This document shows, piece after piece, positions 1 to 7,428 of a stretch of 44,644 nucleotides of DNA. The position numbers were made by a program, and so were the translations under genes. Source of the DNA: a virus; IMG/VR virus record IMGVR_UViG_3300045988_101216; one strand, 5' to 3'. The notes under the pieces were generated by a model that was given only the letters and a program-made list of their open reading frames with translations, made no database searches and was not told the DNA's origin. Positions within the stretch are counted from its first letter, which is position 1. Every line of letters begins with the position of its first letter.

Positions 1-119
1 AACCGCCCACAAAGTGGTTGACCTTAAAACATTAGTGACACATAGAATTGCCACCCTGCTACCGGTCAAAGTTTTGGGGTGGTTTTTCTATGCTTAAAAC
101 ATTATCTGATAAACGTAAA
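1..119. repeat. Terminal direct repeat, copy 1 (identical to 44526-44644)
   Basis: Read directly: bases 1-119 (aaccgcccacaaagtggttg...ctgataaacgtaaa) recur base for base at 44526-44644, giving a unit length of 44525 bp. Confidence 0.95.
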
Positions 120-200
120 AACGAATGTCAGCAATGCCAGAATGAACATGCCAAAGGCCATAAGGTCTTTGAAATCAAAATGATTTCTATTGTTGTTCAT
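102..200 (-). CDS. 32-aa hydrophobic peptide, holin-like toxin (Hol_Tox / type I toxin-like)
   Basis: Manual translation MNNNRNHFDFKDLMAFGMFILALLTFVFTFIR. RBS GGGGGGTGG lies 5 nt upstream. Below the ORF-track size cutoff. Polar N-terminus plus a single TM. Confidence 0.5.
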   Translation of the reverse strand: MNNNRNHFDFKDLMAFGMFILALLTFVFTFIR

Positions 201-269
201 CAGCACCACCCCCCATTCTATGTAAGAATAGAGGTCAGCCACCCTGCAACACGGTTATTCCCTGTTCAT

Positions 270-298
270 ATTCTACCATGCCGCCGCTGTTTCTTCAA
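270..298 (-). promoter_or_regulatory. Sigma-A-type promoter upstream of the toxin peptide
   Basis: Minus strand TTGAAG (298-293), 17 nt spacer, TGgTAGAAT (-10 at 275-270). Confidence 0.4.
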
Positions 299-350
299 TC
301 GCATTTCTCAAAACTCTAGCCAATATTCGATTATCAAGGTACACTGTTAC

Positions 351-920
351 TTACTTTTTAATTCCCAGAAGCTCCCTCAATGCTTCTTTCTCTTCTTCGC
401 TTCTCTCCGCTTTTCTTACTTTGAGATCAACGAGCTTTTTATTGCTCTGGTAAAACTCTTTTTCCCACTTTTCTAATTTTTTTCCTTTGCTTTTTTTATT
501 TCTTATGTTAATAACTTGGGAATATAATCCTTCGCCTATTTCCATGTATAGGCTCATAAATGTCCACCAATGCAAGTAGGGTATACTTCTGATCTCTCTT
601 CCAGCAACCTTGTTAATTGCAGGAATTAATATAGGAGCGTCTTGATTCCAATCCATTAACTTATGTGCTTTTCTCTTCTTAGAATCTTCAAAACTATAAT
701 CTATAAATTCGATAGCTTTGTCACACGCTTCTCTTAAACAACCAATATGAATTTTATCCTTATAAAATATTTTAAGCATAATCATAGTCTTTTCTTGGTC
801 ATTAAACTGAGAATCGTTATATGCCGACAATATATCTAATATAGCTCTGAAATCACTCCTTATTGCACATTCTTGTCCGTTTATACAAATAGATTGTGGT
901 AAGGACCATACATCAATCAT
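351..920 (-). CDS. Gp15-like tail assembly protein (Listeria A118 Gp15 family)
   Basis: ORF track. N-terminus ICINGQECAIRSDFRAILDIL...DQEK matches the remembered Phage_Gp15 pattern. Position is between the tail chaperone and the tape measure. Confidence 0.7.
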   Translation of the reverse strand: MIDVWSLPQSICINGQECAIRSDFRAILDILSAYNDSQFNDQEKTMIMLKIFYKDKIHIGCLREACDKAIEFIDYSFEDSKKRKAHKLMDWNQDAPILIPAINKVAGREIRSIPYLHWWTFMSLYMEIGEGLYSQVINIRNKKSKGKKLEKWEKEFYQSNKKLVDLKVRKAERSEEEKEALRELLGIKK

Positions 921-1326
921 CAGAATATTTCCTTGTATATTTTTCCATTGCTTCTTTTACTTTTTTAGAGCGCGCATTTACTTCGGTCCTAATAAACTCA
1001 TAAATAATATCAAATATGTACACTGCATACAAAATGCCTTCGTCTGTTATTGCAAGTGGTGAATTGTACCTGAAAAATGTATCACCTGCACTTTCGCCCA
1101 AAAGAAACTGCATTTGTTTTCTGATTTCCAGATTTACTTTTTCTAGCTCATTAATATCTCCTTTATCACTTATAGAATTGGTTAATTCATTAAGTTTGTC
1201 CTGAACTACATTACATCTTCTTATAATGTCAGGGTCTGCGGGATTGAAATAAAAGTAACCCATGACATCACCATTATTGTCTTTAACTTCTATTTTTTCC
1301 CCTATATTTGCTGTAATACTTTTCAT
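913..1326 (-). CDS. Tail assembly chaperone-like protein
   Basis: ORF track 913..1380. Start moved to the ATG at 1326 (MKSITANIGEK) behind GGGAGAA. Called by position between the major tail protein and the Gp15-like gene. Stop overlaps the next start (ATGATTGA). Confidence 0.5.
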   Translation of the reverse strand: MKSITANIGEKIEVKDNNGDVMGYFYFNPADPDIIRRCNVVQDKLNELTNSISDKGDINELEKVNLEIRKQMQFLLGESAGDTFFRYNSPLAITDEGILYAVYIFDIIYEFIRTEVNARSKKVKEAMEKYTRKYSDD

Positions 1327-1394
1327 ATCGTTCTCCCAATGTTCATTAATTTTTATAAAGATAAAGACGTGATATTGCACACGCCTTTAAGTTA

Positions 1395-1949
1395 TTAGAC
1401 GCCAAGGCCCTCCGTCTCTTTTTCTAACTTCAGCATAGACGGATCAGGAATTTCACCCTCTGTAAATTCTGGGTTCCCTGTTTTTAACGATGTAGCAGAT
1501 ACATATCCTTTAGTTCTTGCTCCATCTTCTGATACCTGAAATGGAATATTCAATCCCGCTGTATCCCCACCATAACTTTGCGGTTTAACAATGACTTCCT
1601 GCACATACGCCAGATGATTTGTGGCCTCCGTATCTTCCACAATAACTTCTAACATAAGAGTTTTACAGGAATCCCCTTTTAAACGATCAAAAGCAATTTC
1701 TCTGATTTTCGGGTAAAGTTTCTTCGCAGGGTCTGCATAAAATGGGTCGGCATCCATTGTCGGCTCATAACCATTATCCTTTGTTTTCGTCTGACCCAGG
1801 ATGTTTTTCAATGTTTCCATATCCGGGTTAAGTTCATTAGACATTTCTTCGATGTCATCACCAATAATTTCCCACTCTGCACTTTCAGCAACATTCTTAA
1901 AAGATGTATCAAGATAGTGCGCCAGTGCTTCACGATTTAACTTTGCCAT
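1395..1949 (-). CDS. Major tail protein
   Basis: ORF track, 184 aa. Canonical position directly upstream of the chaperone pair and tape measure. Confidence 0.7.
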   Translation of the reverse strand: MAKLNREALAHYLDTSFKNVAESAEWEIIGDDIEEMSNELNPDMETLKNILGQTKTKDNGYEPTMDADPFYADPAKKLYPKIREIAFDRLKGDSCKTLMLEVIVEDTEATNHLAYVQEVIVKPQSYGGDTAGLNIPFQVSEDGARTKGYVSATSLKTGNPEFTEGEIPDPSMLKLEKETEGLGV

Positions 1950-1963
1950 GTCTCTTTTCCTTT

Positions 1964-2482
1964 CTATCTGTTCTTGTAAAATATGTTCCTATATTTCAGT
2001 GCAAGGCTGATAACCCAGTCCTGCACATTTCCCTCTGATGTGCTGTCCAGATATGCCGGGGTCTGCCGCGCGATCTCTGTGATTTCCCGTCCATCTGTCA
2101 GTGCCGGATAATCTTTCAGCTTCTTCTGTTCTCCATCAATGGTTATCGGCTGTTTTTCAAGCCATTTGCCGAGATTGTCCAGAAACTCCTTAATATCAAT
2201 TTTAGAGTTTTGACTATCTGCTGATGTTCGGTACACCACATAAAACGGATAGTTGCAAAGCTGATTGACTTTTCCGGTAACAGACTTTGTTTCTGTTGCT
2301 ATAACTGCCCCAGATATTGGATAGAATGATATTCCGCTTTCTTCTTCCAGAGTGGAGAACTTAATAGATTCCCCTTCTGTCAGCCCCGGAAAGCTGTTTA
2401 GTAAGTCCTTGATTGCATTTGTCACAACATCATATCCATCTATGTCATATCTTTTCGGTTTATTTAGTGCCTCCTCCGGCAA
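1964..2482 (-). CDS. Tail completion / head-tail joining protein (A118-type minor capsid family)
   Basis: ORF track, 172 aa. Called by synteny between the connector genes and the major tail protein. Confidence 0.55.
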   Translation of the reverse strand: MPEEALNKPKRYDIDGYDVVTNAIKDLLNSFPGLTEGESIKFSTLEEESGISFYPISGAVIATETKSVTGKVNQLCNYPFYVVYRTSADSQNSKIDIKEFLDNLGKWLEKQPITIDGEQKKLKDYPALTDGREITEIARQTPAYLDSTSEGNVQDWVISLALKYRNIFYKNR

Positions 2483-2933
2483 TTCGCTTCACTCCTTTTA
2501 CCCATGCTTTACCGTGCGCGTCTTTTGCTGTATCAAACCAATGCGGTGTAGCTTTTGGATTGCTGTATGTAAGCGGTCGCTCTGTCACAACTTTCTTTGC
2601 TCCTTTTCTCGCCCAGGGTGACCATGTCACAGGGTCAATCATAACTTTACCCTCATACAAAAAACGTCCCATAGGTGGCGCAGCCGCAACAACTTTTCCG
2701 CTTCCTGCCAATGCTGCGCTCTGCAATCTCGTTACATTCACAAAGTTTCCGTCTCTATGCGGCATATACGGCACCATATCCGTCATGATCTGACTATCAA
2801 GATAGTATTGAGCACGTTCATACTGTCGTTCAAAACGATTTAGGCTCACATCAACTCTTATATCTCCCTGCACTAAAGAGAATCCCGGAAAATGAAATGT
2901 CCTACCTGCCATGTCACTTCCCTCCAATCTCAA
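2460..2933 (-). CDS. Head-tail joining protein (minor capsid protein family)
   Basis: ORF track, 157 aa. Called by synteny. Overlaps both neighbours, as is typical of coupled head-tail genes. Confidence 0.55.
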   Translation of the reverse strand: MRLEGSDMAGRTFHFPGFSLVQGDIRVDVSLNRFERQYERAQYYLDSQIMTDMVPYMPHRDGNFVNVTRLQSAALAGSGKVVAAAPPMGRFLYEGKVMIDPVTWSPWARKGAKKVVTERPLTYSNPKATPHWFDTAKDAHGKAWVKGVKRIAGGGTK

Positions 2934-3297
2934 AATGCGGTATTAGCGTATACGGCCCGCCGACTGTTGTTATCAGAAACACATAATCATGCCGCTTGTT
3001 CAGGTAATCGTAAAATCCACCGTCTACACGGTTTGCATAATCGGAATCCAGAATAGGAGCTTCCGCGTATTCCCCTTGCATGAAGAAATCCCCAGAAGCA
3101 AAGGTAATGCTTTCTTCCAGTTCGTCATTTGGTTGTTTCCCCCACTCTTTCGGCGGCAGATATGGCTTGTCTCCTACCATTACGGTGCCGTCAACGGTAT
3201 GGTATTTAACATGCAAATTCGCCGTATCTGCGCTATCCAGACCTGTCTTTGCTACGTTTGCTGCTTTGTCAATAATCAGGTCAACGCCGGAAAGCAC
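2914..3297 (-). CDS. Head-tail joining protein; true N-terminus probably extends to about 3369-3375
   Basis: ORF-track start is a GTG. The frame stays open upstream (IPIYTDTVTIFNKYESQTGDIYWYPH) back to an AAAGGAGGGG RBS, with no canonical start codon in that stretch. Confidence 0.55.
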   Translation of the reverse strand: MLSGVDLIIDKAANVAKTGLDSADTANLHVKYHTVDGTVMVGDKPYLPPKEWGKQPNDELEESITFASGDFFMQGEYAEAPILDSDYANRVDGGFYDYLNKRHDYVFLITTVGGPYTLIPHFEIGGK

Positions 3298-3383
3298 ATG
3301 AGGATACCAATATATATCCCCGGTCTGACTTTCGTATTTGTTAAAAATCGTTACAGTATCGGTATATATCGGTATCCCCTCCT

Positions 3384-3860
3384 TTAAATTCTTGCACTAA
3401 GCAGATTGATTCCTTTTTTATCTCCAACATTAGCAAGGTACTCTGTCGCAACTTGCCGCAGTAGTACGTTTTCTACTTTCTTATCCATAGCCGCCTGAAA
3501 ATAAATATCAGCATTGCTTCCAGATATTCCCGTAACGTAGGAAATACTTTCAGCGCCGGAAGAAACAGACGAAACCATTTTCCCGGTCATTGTGCCGTCC
3601 TCTCTTGTAACTGTTCCCACAGTAGCCATAGACGCTTTCTTTACTTCGTCAATCTGGTATAAGCAATCAGCAACCGCACAGACCGCTTTCTTTACCTTTG
3701 TTTGCGCTCGTTCATTGTCTGGGAGGCCGTCCACAAGACGGTCAAAGGTAATGTTGTCTATGCGGTCACTGGCTTTCTCCAGATACTTTTCAAGGGATTT
3801 GTCCGGCACAGTATCGCCATAATATTTAGTTTTATAAAACTCTGTATCTGCGTATGCCAT
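3384..3860 (-). CDS. Head-tail connector (gp6-like adaptor)
   Basis: ORF track. N-terminus MAYADTEFYKTKYYGDTVP...ASDRIDNITFDRL resembles the gp6-like connector pattern. Immediately downstream of the capsid gene. Confidence 0.7.
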   Translation of the reverse strand: MAYADTEFYKTKYYGDTVPDKSLEKYLEKASDRIDNITFDRLVDGLPDNERAQTKVKKAVCAVADCLYQIDEVKKASMATVGTVTREDGTMTGKMVSSVSSGAESISYVTGISGSNADIYFQAAMDKKVENVLLRQVATEYLANVGDKKGINLLSARI

Positions 3861-3872
3861 GCCGGAGCCTCC

Positions 3873-5042
3873 TTATGATTTTGCGGTTACATCGTCATTT
3901 CCCGATTTCAGTGCCTTATAGGTATTGTCACATTCAACAACCGTGATATACTGTCCGGTAGTGGCTGTAATATCAGACTTGCCGTCCCAAGGTGTCCAAG
4001 TCTTTACACTCTGTCCGAACTTTACTTCCGGCGCGGAACCTGCTGCCACTTTGTATTTGTACATGTGTCCGGTTTCAAGCCCCGGAGAAACAGTCACTTT
4101 GGTATCTCCCGTCTTTGTGCCTGCGGCGGATGTTACCGTTAAAGTACCGAGTGTTGTATCGTCCGTCATATCAACAACTGAAATAGCGTCAATATATTCT
4201 GCAAAAAGAGTTAATCCCATGATTGCAAATGCTTCTGATACAGCATGTTTGTAGTCGCCTTGAGTGTGGAATCCAATCAGATTCGTTTCTCCGCTGACCG
4301 TATATACCAGTCCAGCCCGTACAAAATCACTCTCGTTCGGGTCAACATAGTAAAGAACGATATTTTCTACCGGGGTAGCAATAATGCGTCCTCTCTGGAT
4401 TTCTCCCTCAGAAAGCAGGAAGATCGTGTTGAATCCCATGAAGTCCTTGATATACTGGAATCCAAACTGATTCTGAATCGTAATATCTGCCGCACCGATG
4501 TACTCATACACGTCAAGGATATTTACAAAGCCTACAACTCCCGTTGCTGTCCTGTGCATCATTTTGAACTTGTTCTCCACAAGACCTTTGGCCATAGCAA
4601 GCGCCATCTGGAAAGTAGTCTCTGTCGCTGTCAGTGTGCCGGTATTCAGATAATCATAGAATCTGCCAGTAACCATAGTGGTAAGCTGGAACAGAAATTC
4701 ATCATCGGTCATCTGCACTGCGTTCTCATAGCCGTGGTCTTTAATGCTTTCAATGGAAACAGCCTTTGCATACTTCTCAATGGTCATTTCCGCATATTCT
4801 TTTTCTTTTACAGTAAATTTGCTGTATGGGATTTCCTCGCCCTCGCCTACGTTTCCATCTGCAAGACTTCCCTCTGCATATTTACTTTTCAGGATTGCTC
4901 CCGGCTGTTTCTTAATCGGGCGCATAATACCGAGAATCTCTCTTAAATGCTCCCAGTTCCGCTCAAATCTAGTAACAAAATCAATTTCCCTTGCCGTTAC
5001 CTGAATGTCAGCGGTTTTGATAAGATTATTTTTTGCTGCCAT
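3873..5042 (-). CDS. Major capsid protein with C-terminal Ig-like extension
   Basis: ORF track, 389 aa, directly after the scaffold gene. The last ~90 aa (TLGTLTVTSAAGTKTGDTKVTVSPG...YKYKV) look like a Big/Ig-like decoration domain. Confidence 0.8.
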   Translation of the reverse strand: MAAKNNLIKTADIQVTAREIDFVTRFERNWEHLREILGIMRPIKKQPGAILKSKYAEGSLADGNVGEGEEIPYSKFTVKEKEYAEMTIEKYAKAVSIESIKDHGYENAVQMTDDEFLFQLTTMVTGRFYDYLNTGTLTATETTFQMALAMAKGLVENKFKMMHRTATGVVGFVNILDVYEYIGAADITIQNQFGFQYIKDFMGFNTIFLLSEGEIQRGRIIATPVENIVLYYVDPNESDFVRAGLVYTVSGETNLIGFHTQGDYKHAVSEAFAIMGLTLFAEYIDAISVVDMTDDTTLGTLTVTSAAGTKTGDTKVTVSPGLETGHMYKYKVAAGSAPEVKFGQSVKTWTPWDGKSDITATTGQYITVVECDNTYKALKSGNDDVTAKS

Positions 5043-5680
5043 TATTCTTCTCCTTGTCCAAATAATCCAAGATTTTCAGCAATCGCCGCCTGCCTCTCTG
5101 ACGGGTCTTTGATTGCATAAATATCTTTCTTTGTCATAGTTCCATGTCCGCCCGGTGTTTTTCCTGTTCCTGGGGTTGTAAATCGCGCCGCCTGCTGCTG
5201 CGCTTTCTGCTGCTGCTCATCAACGAACGCCGAAGCATCTCTTTCTTTAATCTGCCCGATCAGATCAGACAAGCCTAAAATCTTACCGTCTTTCAACTTT
5301 AAGCCAGATTCTTTGATTTCTGTCATGACCGCCTTTTTCGCCGCTTCGCTGGAAAACTTAATGGATTCCATTTCAGTTTTCAATGCGTCAGAAAAATCTC
5401 TATCATAAATCTTCTGTTTATAGTCGTTTTCGGCTGTTTCCGCTTTCTGTTTCCATGTGTCAAGTTCTGCCTGCATGGTTTCCAAGTCCACACCGTCAAA
5501 CCTTTTCAGCGTTTCTTCGGCTGTTTCTGCCTGTCCTTTCCACTTGTCGCGGTCAGATTCCACTTTTTCATAGTCCTTTACAGTCTTGTAATTCTCATGG
5601 AATACTTTTCTGAAATCCTCGGACTGTTCTTTTGGTACTTCAAGACCAAACTGTTTCAAGATTGCTTCAATGTTCTGCAT
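5042..5680 (-). CDS. Scaffolding protein (phage GP20-like)
   Basis: ORF track. Acidic coiled-coil protein beginning MQNIEAILKQFGLEVPKEQ. Stop overlaps the capsid start. Confidence 0.75.
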   Translation of the reverse strand: MQNIEAILKQFGLEVPKEQSEDFRKVFHENYKTVKDYEKVESDRDKWKGQAETAEETLKRFDGVDLETMQAELDTWKQKAETAENDYKQKIYDRDFSDALKTEMESIKFSSEAAKKAVMTEIKESGLKLKDGKILGLSDLIGQIKERDASAFVDEQQQKAQQQAARFTTPGTGKTPGGHGTMTKKDIYAIKDPSERQAAIAENLGLFGQGEE

Positions 5681-5759
5681 AATAATCCTCCTAAACGTCT
5701 ACTTATTAACCGCCCGTCAGCGGTAATGGATTCAGACAGATAAACCTCTGTCGGGGTAA

Positions 5760-5832
5760 TCGGGACACCCGGAATCGAACCGGGGACTTGCTGTGTATAA
5801 GACAGGTGCTCTACCAACTGCGCTATGTCCCA
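5760..5832 (-). tRNA. tRNA, anticodon UAU (Ile, AUA-decoding) by manual folding
   Basis: Sequence: TGGGACATAGCGCAGTTGGTAGAGCACCTGTCTTATACACAGCAAGTCCCCGGTTCGATTCCGGGTGTCCCGA. U8, A14, G18G19, A21 and the GGTTCGATTCC T-arm are present. The anticodon loop is CTTATAC with U33 and A37. No CCA is encoded. Confidence 0.85.
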
Positions 5833-6019
5833 AAATGCCGCCAAACAGCGGCAGAACATTTATAACCCGTTCAAAGGTGCTATTTGACCGGTAGACCCGT
5901 ACATTGATTATCAGGCTCAATGCGATAAGCCTAATGCACACGCCGGAAATTGCACCCGCTTTTCAACCTCCGGCATAAAGCCGTTTCTATTAAGGACGTG
6001 TGCTAAGAAAGGAGGTGTC

Positions 6020-6076
6020 AAAAATAAGAAAAGAGCCAACAAACCTGTCGGAATTTCCGATAAGTTCATTGGCTCT
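6020..6076 (-). terminator. Rho-independent terminator ending the accessory cassette
   Basis: Minus strand AGAGCCAA...TTGGCTCT stem (6069-6076 / 6032-6039) with an inner TCGGAAaTTCCGA stem, followed by TTTCTTATTTTT. Confidence 0.6.
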
Positions 6077-6093
6077 GTGTCTGGCAACTGGCT

Positions 6094-6267
6094 CTATACA
6101 ATATGTGTTATTACTTTTATTTTAAAGTCTGGCTCTATGTCCAGAATAGATTGTATTTTACACTTGGGGCAAAACACTGGTAGGTTTTCTGCCACAGTTT
6201 CTTTGCGTATTTTTATACGTGTTTTATTATTGCATATAGGACAATAAATCCATTTTTCTCTTACCAT
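6094..6267 (-). CDS. Cysteine-rich KTR-type small protein (57 aa)
   Basis: Manual translation MVREKWIYCPICNNKTRIKIRKETVAENLPVFCPKCKIQSILDIEPDFKIKVITHIV. AAGGAGG RBS. CPxC...KTR...CPKC pattern. Below the ORF-track cutoff. Confidence 0.75.
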   Translation of the reverse strand: MVREKWIYCPICNNKTRIKIRKETVAENLPVFCPKCKIQSILDIEPDFKIKVITHIV

Positions 6268-6366
6268 GTTCTACCTCCTTTACAATCCTAAGTATATTAT
6301 ATCAGACATGCGAAAAAACTTTGTACCCATATTTTAAGGGCGATAGCAAAACCACCGCCCTCATAT

Positions 6367-6897
6367 TTACATCATGTCTCTTAATTTGTCGATATACCGC
6401 TTCATGGTGTCTCTTTCTTCACGACAGTCGGCGTCGCGGCTCATGCCTTCCAACTCTTCCGTCAGAGCGTCCATATGCTCTTCCAGTGCTGCGAGCATTT
6501 TCTGTTTGCAATCCATATCTTTTCCGGCTCTGTAGGAATGCTTTTTATCCATGTACTCGTTATATGTGTCCATGTCTCTACCGCGACTATAATGCCCTCT
6601 TACATAGTGTTTGCCGCGAGTGCCACGATAGGAATTGTCATTGTCATAGTTTGGCATCATTCCATCGCGGGAATACCTCCCCATACTGTCACGCTTTCTG
6701 GCTTCGGAATATCCGCCGTCCATTTCTGCCAGAACAGCGTCATAATATTCTTCTTTGCATTTCCAGTATTCCACATTTTCCATGTCTTTCAACATATCAA
6801 TCAGCTTGTATGCAGTTTCAAGGTTTGAAGTATTCAGACCTTTTTCTGCAATTCTATCAAGCTCTTCTTTGATGTTTTGCATTAATTTATAACTCAT
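6367..6897 (-). CDS. Hypothetical protein with Tyr/Arg/Asp/Met-rich core
   Basis: ORF track, 176 aa. Helical ends flank YSEARKRDSMGRYSRDG...SYRGTRGKHYVRGHYSRGRDMD. Confidence 0.6.
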   Translation of the reverse strand: MSYKLMQNIKEELDRIAEKGLNTSNLETAYKLIDMLKDMENVEYWKCKEEYYDAVLAEMDGGYSEARKRDSMGRYSRDGMMPNYDNDNSYRGTRGKHYVRGHYSRGRDMDTYNEYMDKKHSYRAGKDMDCKQKMLAALEEHMDALTEELEGMSRDADCREERDTMKRYIDKLRDMM

Positions 6898-6909
6898 AGC
6901 CTGCCCTCC

Positions 6910-7305
6910 TTAACCTATTCTGCTCACAACGAGATTTGCGTCACTTACGATAGCCGCCACGGTTCCAATATTTCTTACGCTCAAGGTGGAGCAACATGGG
7001 CGATTTACCCTAACTTCTACTGTGGAAGAACCGTTTCCATACCCCGCTGCCGTAACTGTCGTAATAATTTTGCTTCCGGGAATGCTGTCTCCGTCCTGCC
7101 TGATTTCAAAGGCTAATGTTCCGGCTGCTACCGCCGAAAAGTTGCCATTAAAACCTACTCTGTAAAGCCCCGGTAGCAATGTCACTCTACCGCTCCCCGG
7201 CTCATGACGTATATTCTGACAATTTCCACCGATCCTATTTGTGGTAAAGGCAACATTGTCTCCGACATTTACTGTCTGTGTTCCTAAGCTTACCATATCT
7301 GCCAT
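6910..7305 (-). CDS. BclA C-terminal / C1q-TNF-like jelly-roll domain protein (131 aa)
   Basis: ORF track. The pattern VAF...G..RVTLLPGLYRVGFNGNF...LAFEIRQDGDSIPGS...STVEV...LSVRN...ANLVVSRIG resembles the exosporium BclA C-terminal domain. No collagen repeats. Confidence 0.5.
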   Translation of the reverse strand: MADMVSLGTQTVNVGDNVAFTTNRIGGNCQNIRHEPGSGRVTLLPGLYRVGFNGNFSAVAAGTLAFEIRQDGDSIPGSKIITTVTAAGYGNGSSTVEVRVNRPCCSTLSVRNIGTVAAIVSDANLVVSRIG

Positions 7306-7428
7306 AATTTCATTCTCCCTCCATAATATTGCAAAAGGGTAGACTATCAGCCCACCCTCTCACATTAGTAATAACGGCTTTTGCCGAACAACCCGGACGT
7401 GCCGGGAAGAAACCTCAATATGAAGTTT

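Noticed and set aside
48-476. 142-aa plus-strand ORF spanning the terminal repeat and the chaperone gene end
   Set aside because: TTG start, no RBS, and a Cys/Phe/His-rich nonsense-like composition. It overlaps the minus-strand toxin peptide, its promoter and the 3' end of 351..920, so it is a shadow ORF.
913-1326. Programmed -1 frameshift between the two tail chaperone genes
   Set aside because: The two ORFs overlap by an ATGATTGA stop/start arrangement with a normal ATG for the second gene. I saw no slippery heptamer near the end of the first, so separate coupled translation is the simpler reading.
4245-4946. 233-aa plus-strand ORF antisense to the major capsid gene
   Set aside because: It lies entirely inside a well-supported capsid gene on the other strand and has a low-complexity, stop-avoiding composition. 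The same reasoning applies to the other antisense ORFs in the track, for example 6321..6872, 10454..10801, 20239..20754, 24354..25025, 37387..37842 and 44044..44448.
5656-5941. Two minus-strand ORFs (67 and 69 aa) between the scaffold gene and 5941
   Set aside because: One translates straight through the tRNA sequence (…WDIAQLVEHLSYTQQVPGSIPGVP…), which is the usual artefact of reading a tRNA as protein. Neither has an RBS.
6320-6333. 14-nt identity (ttgtacccatattt) with 17918-17931
   Set aside because: A few chance 14-mer repeats are expected in 44 kb on two strands. The flanks do not match and there is no shared context.
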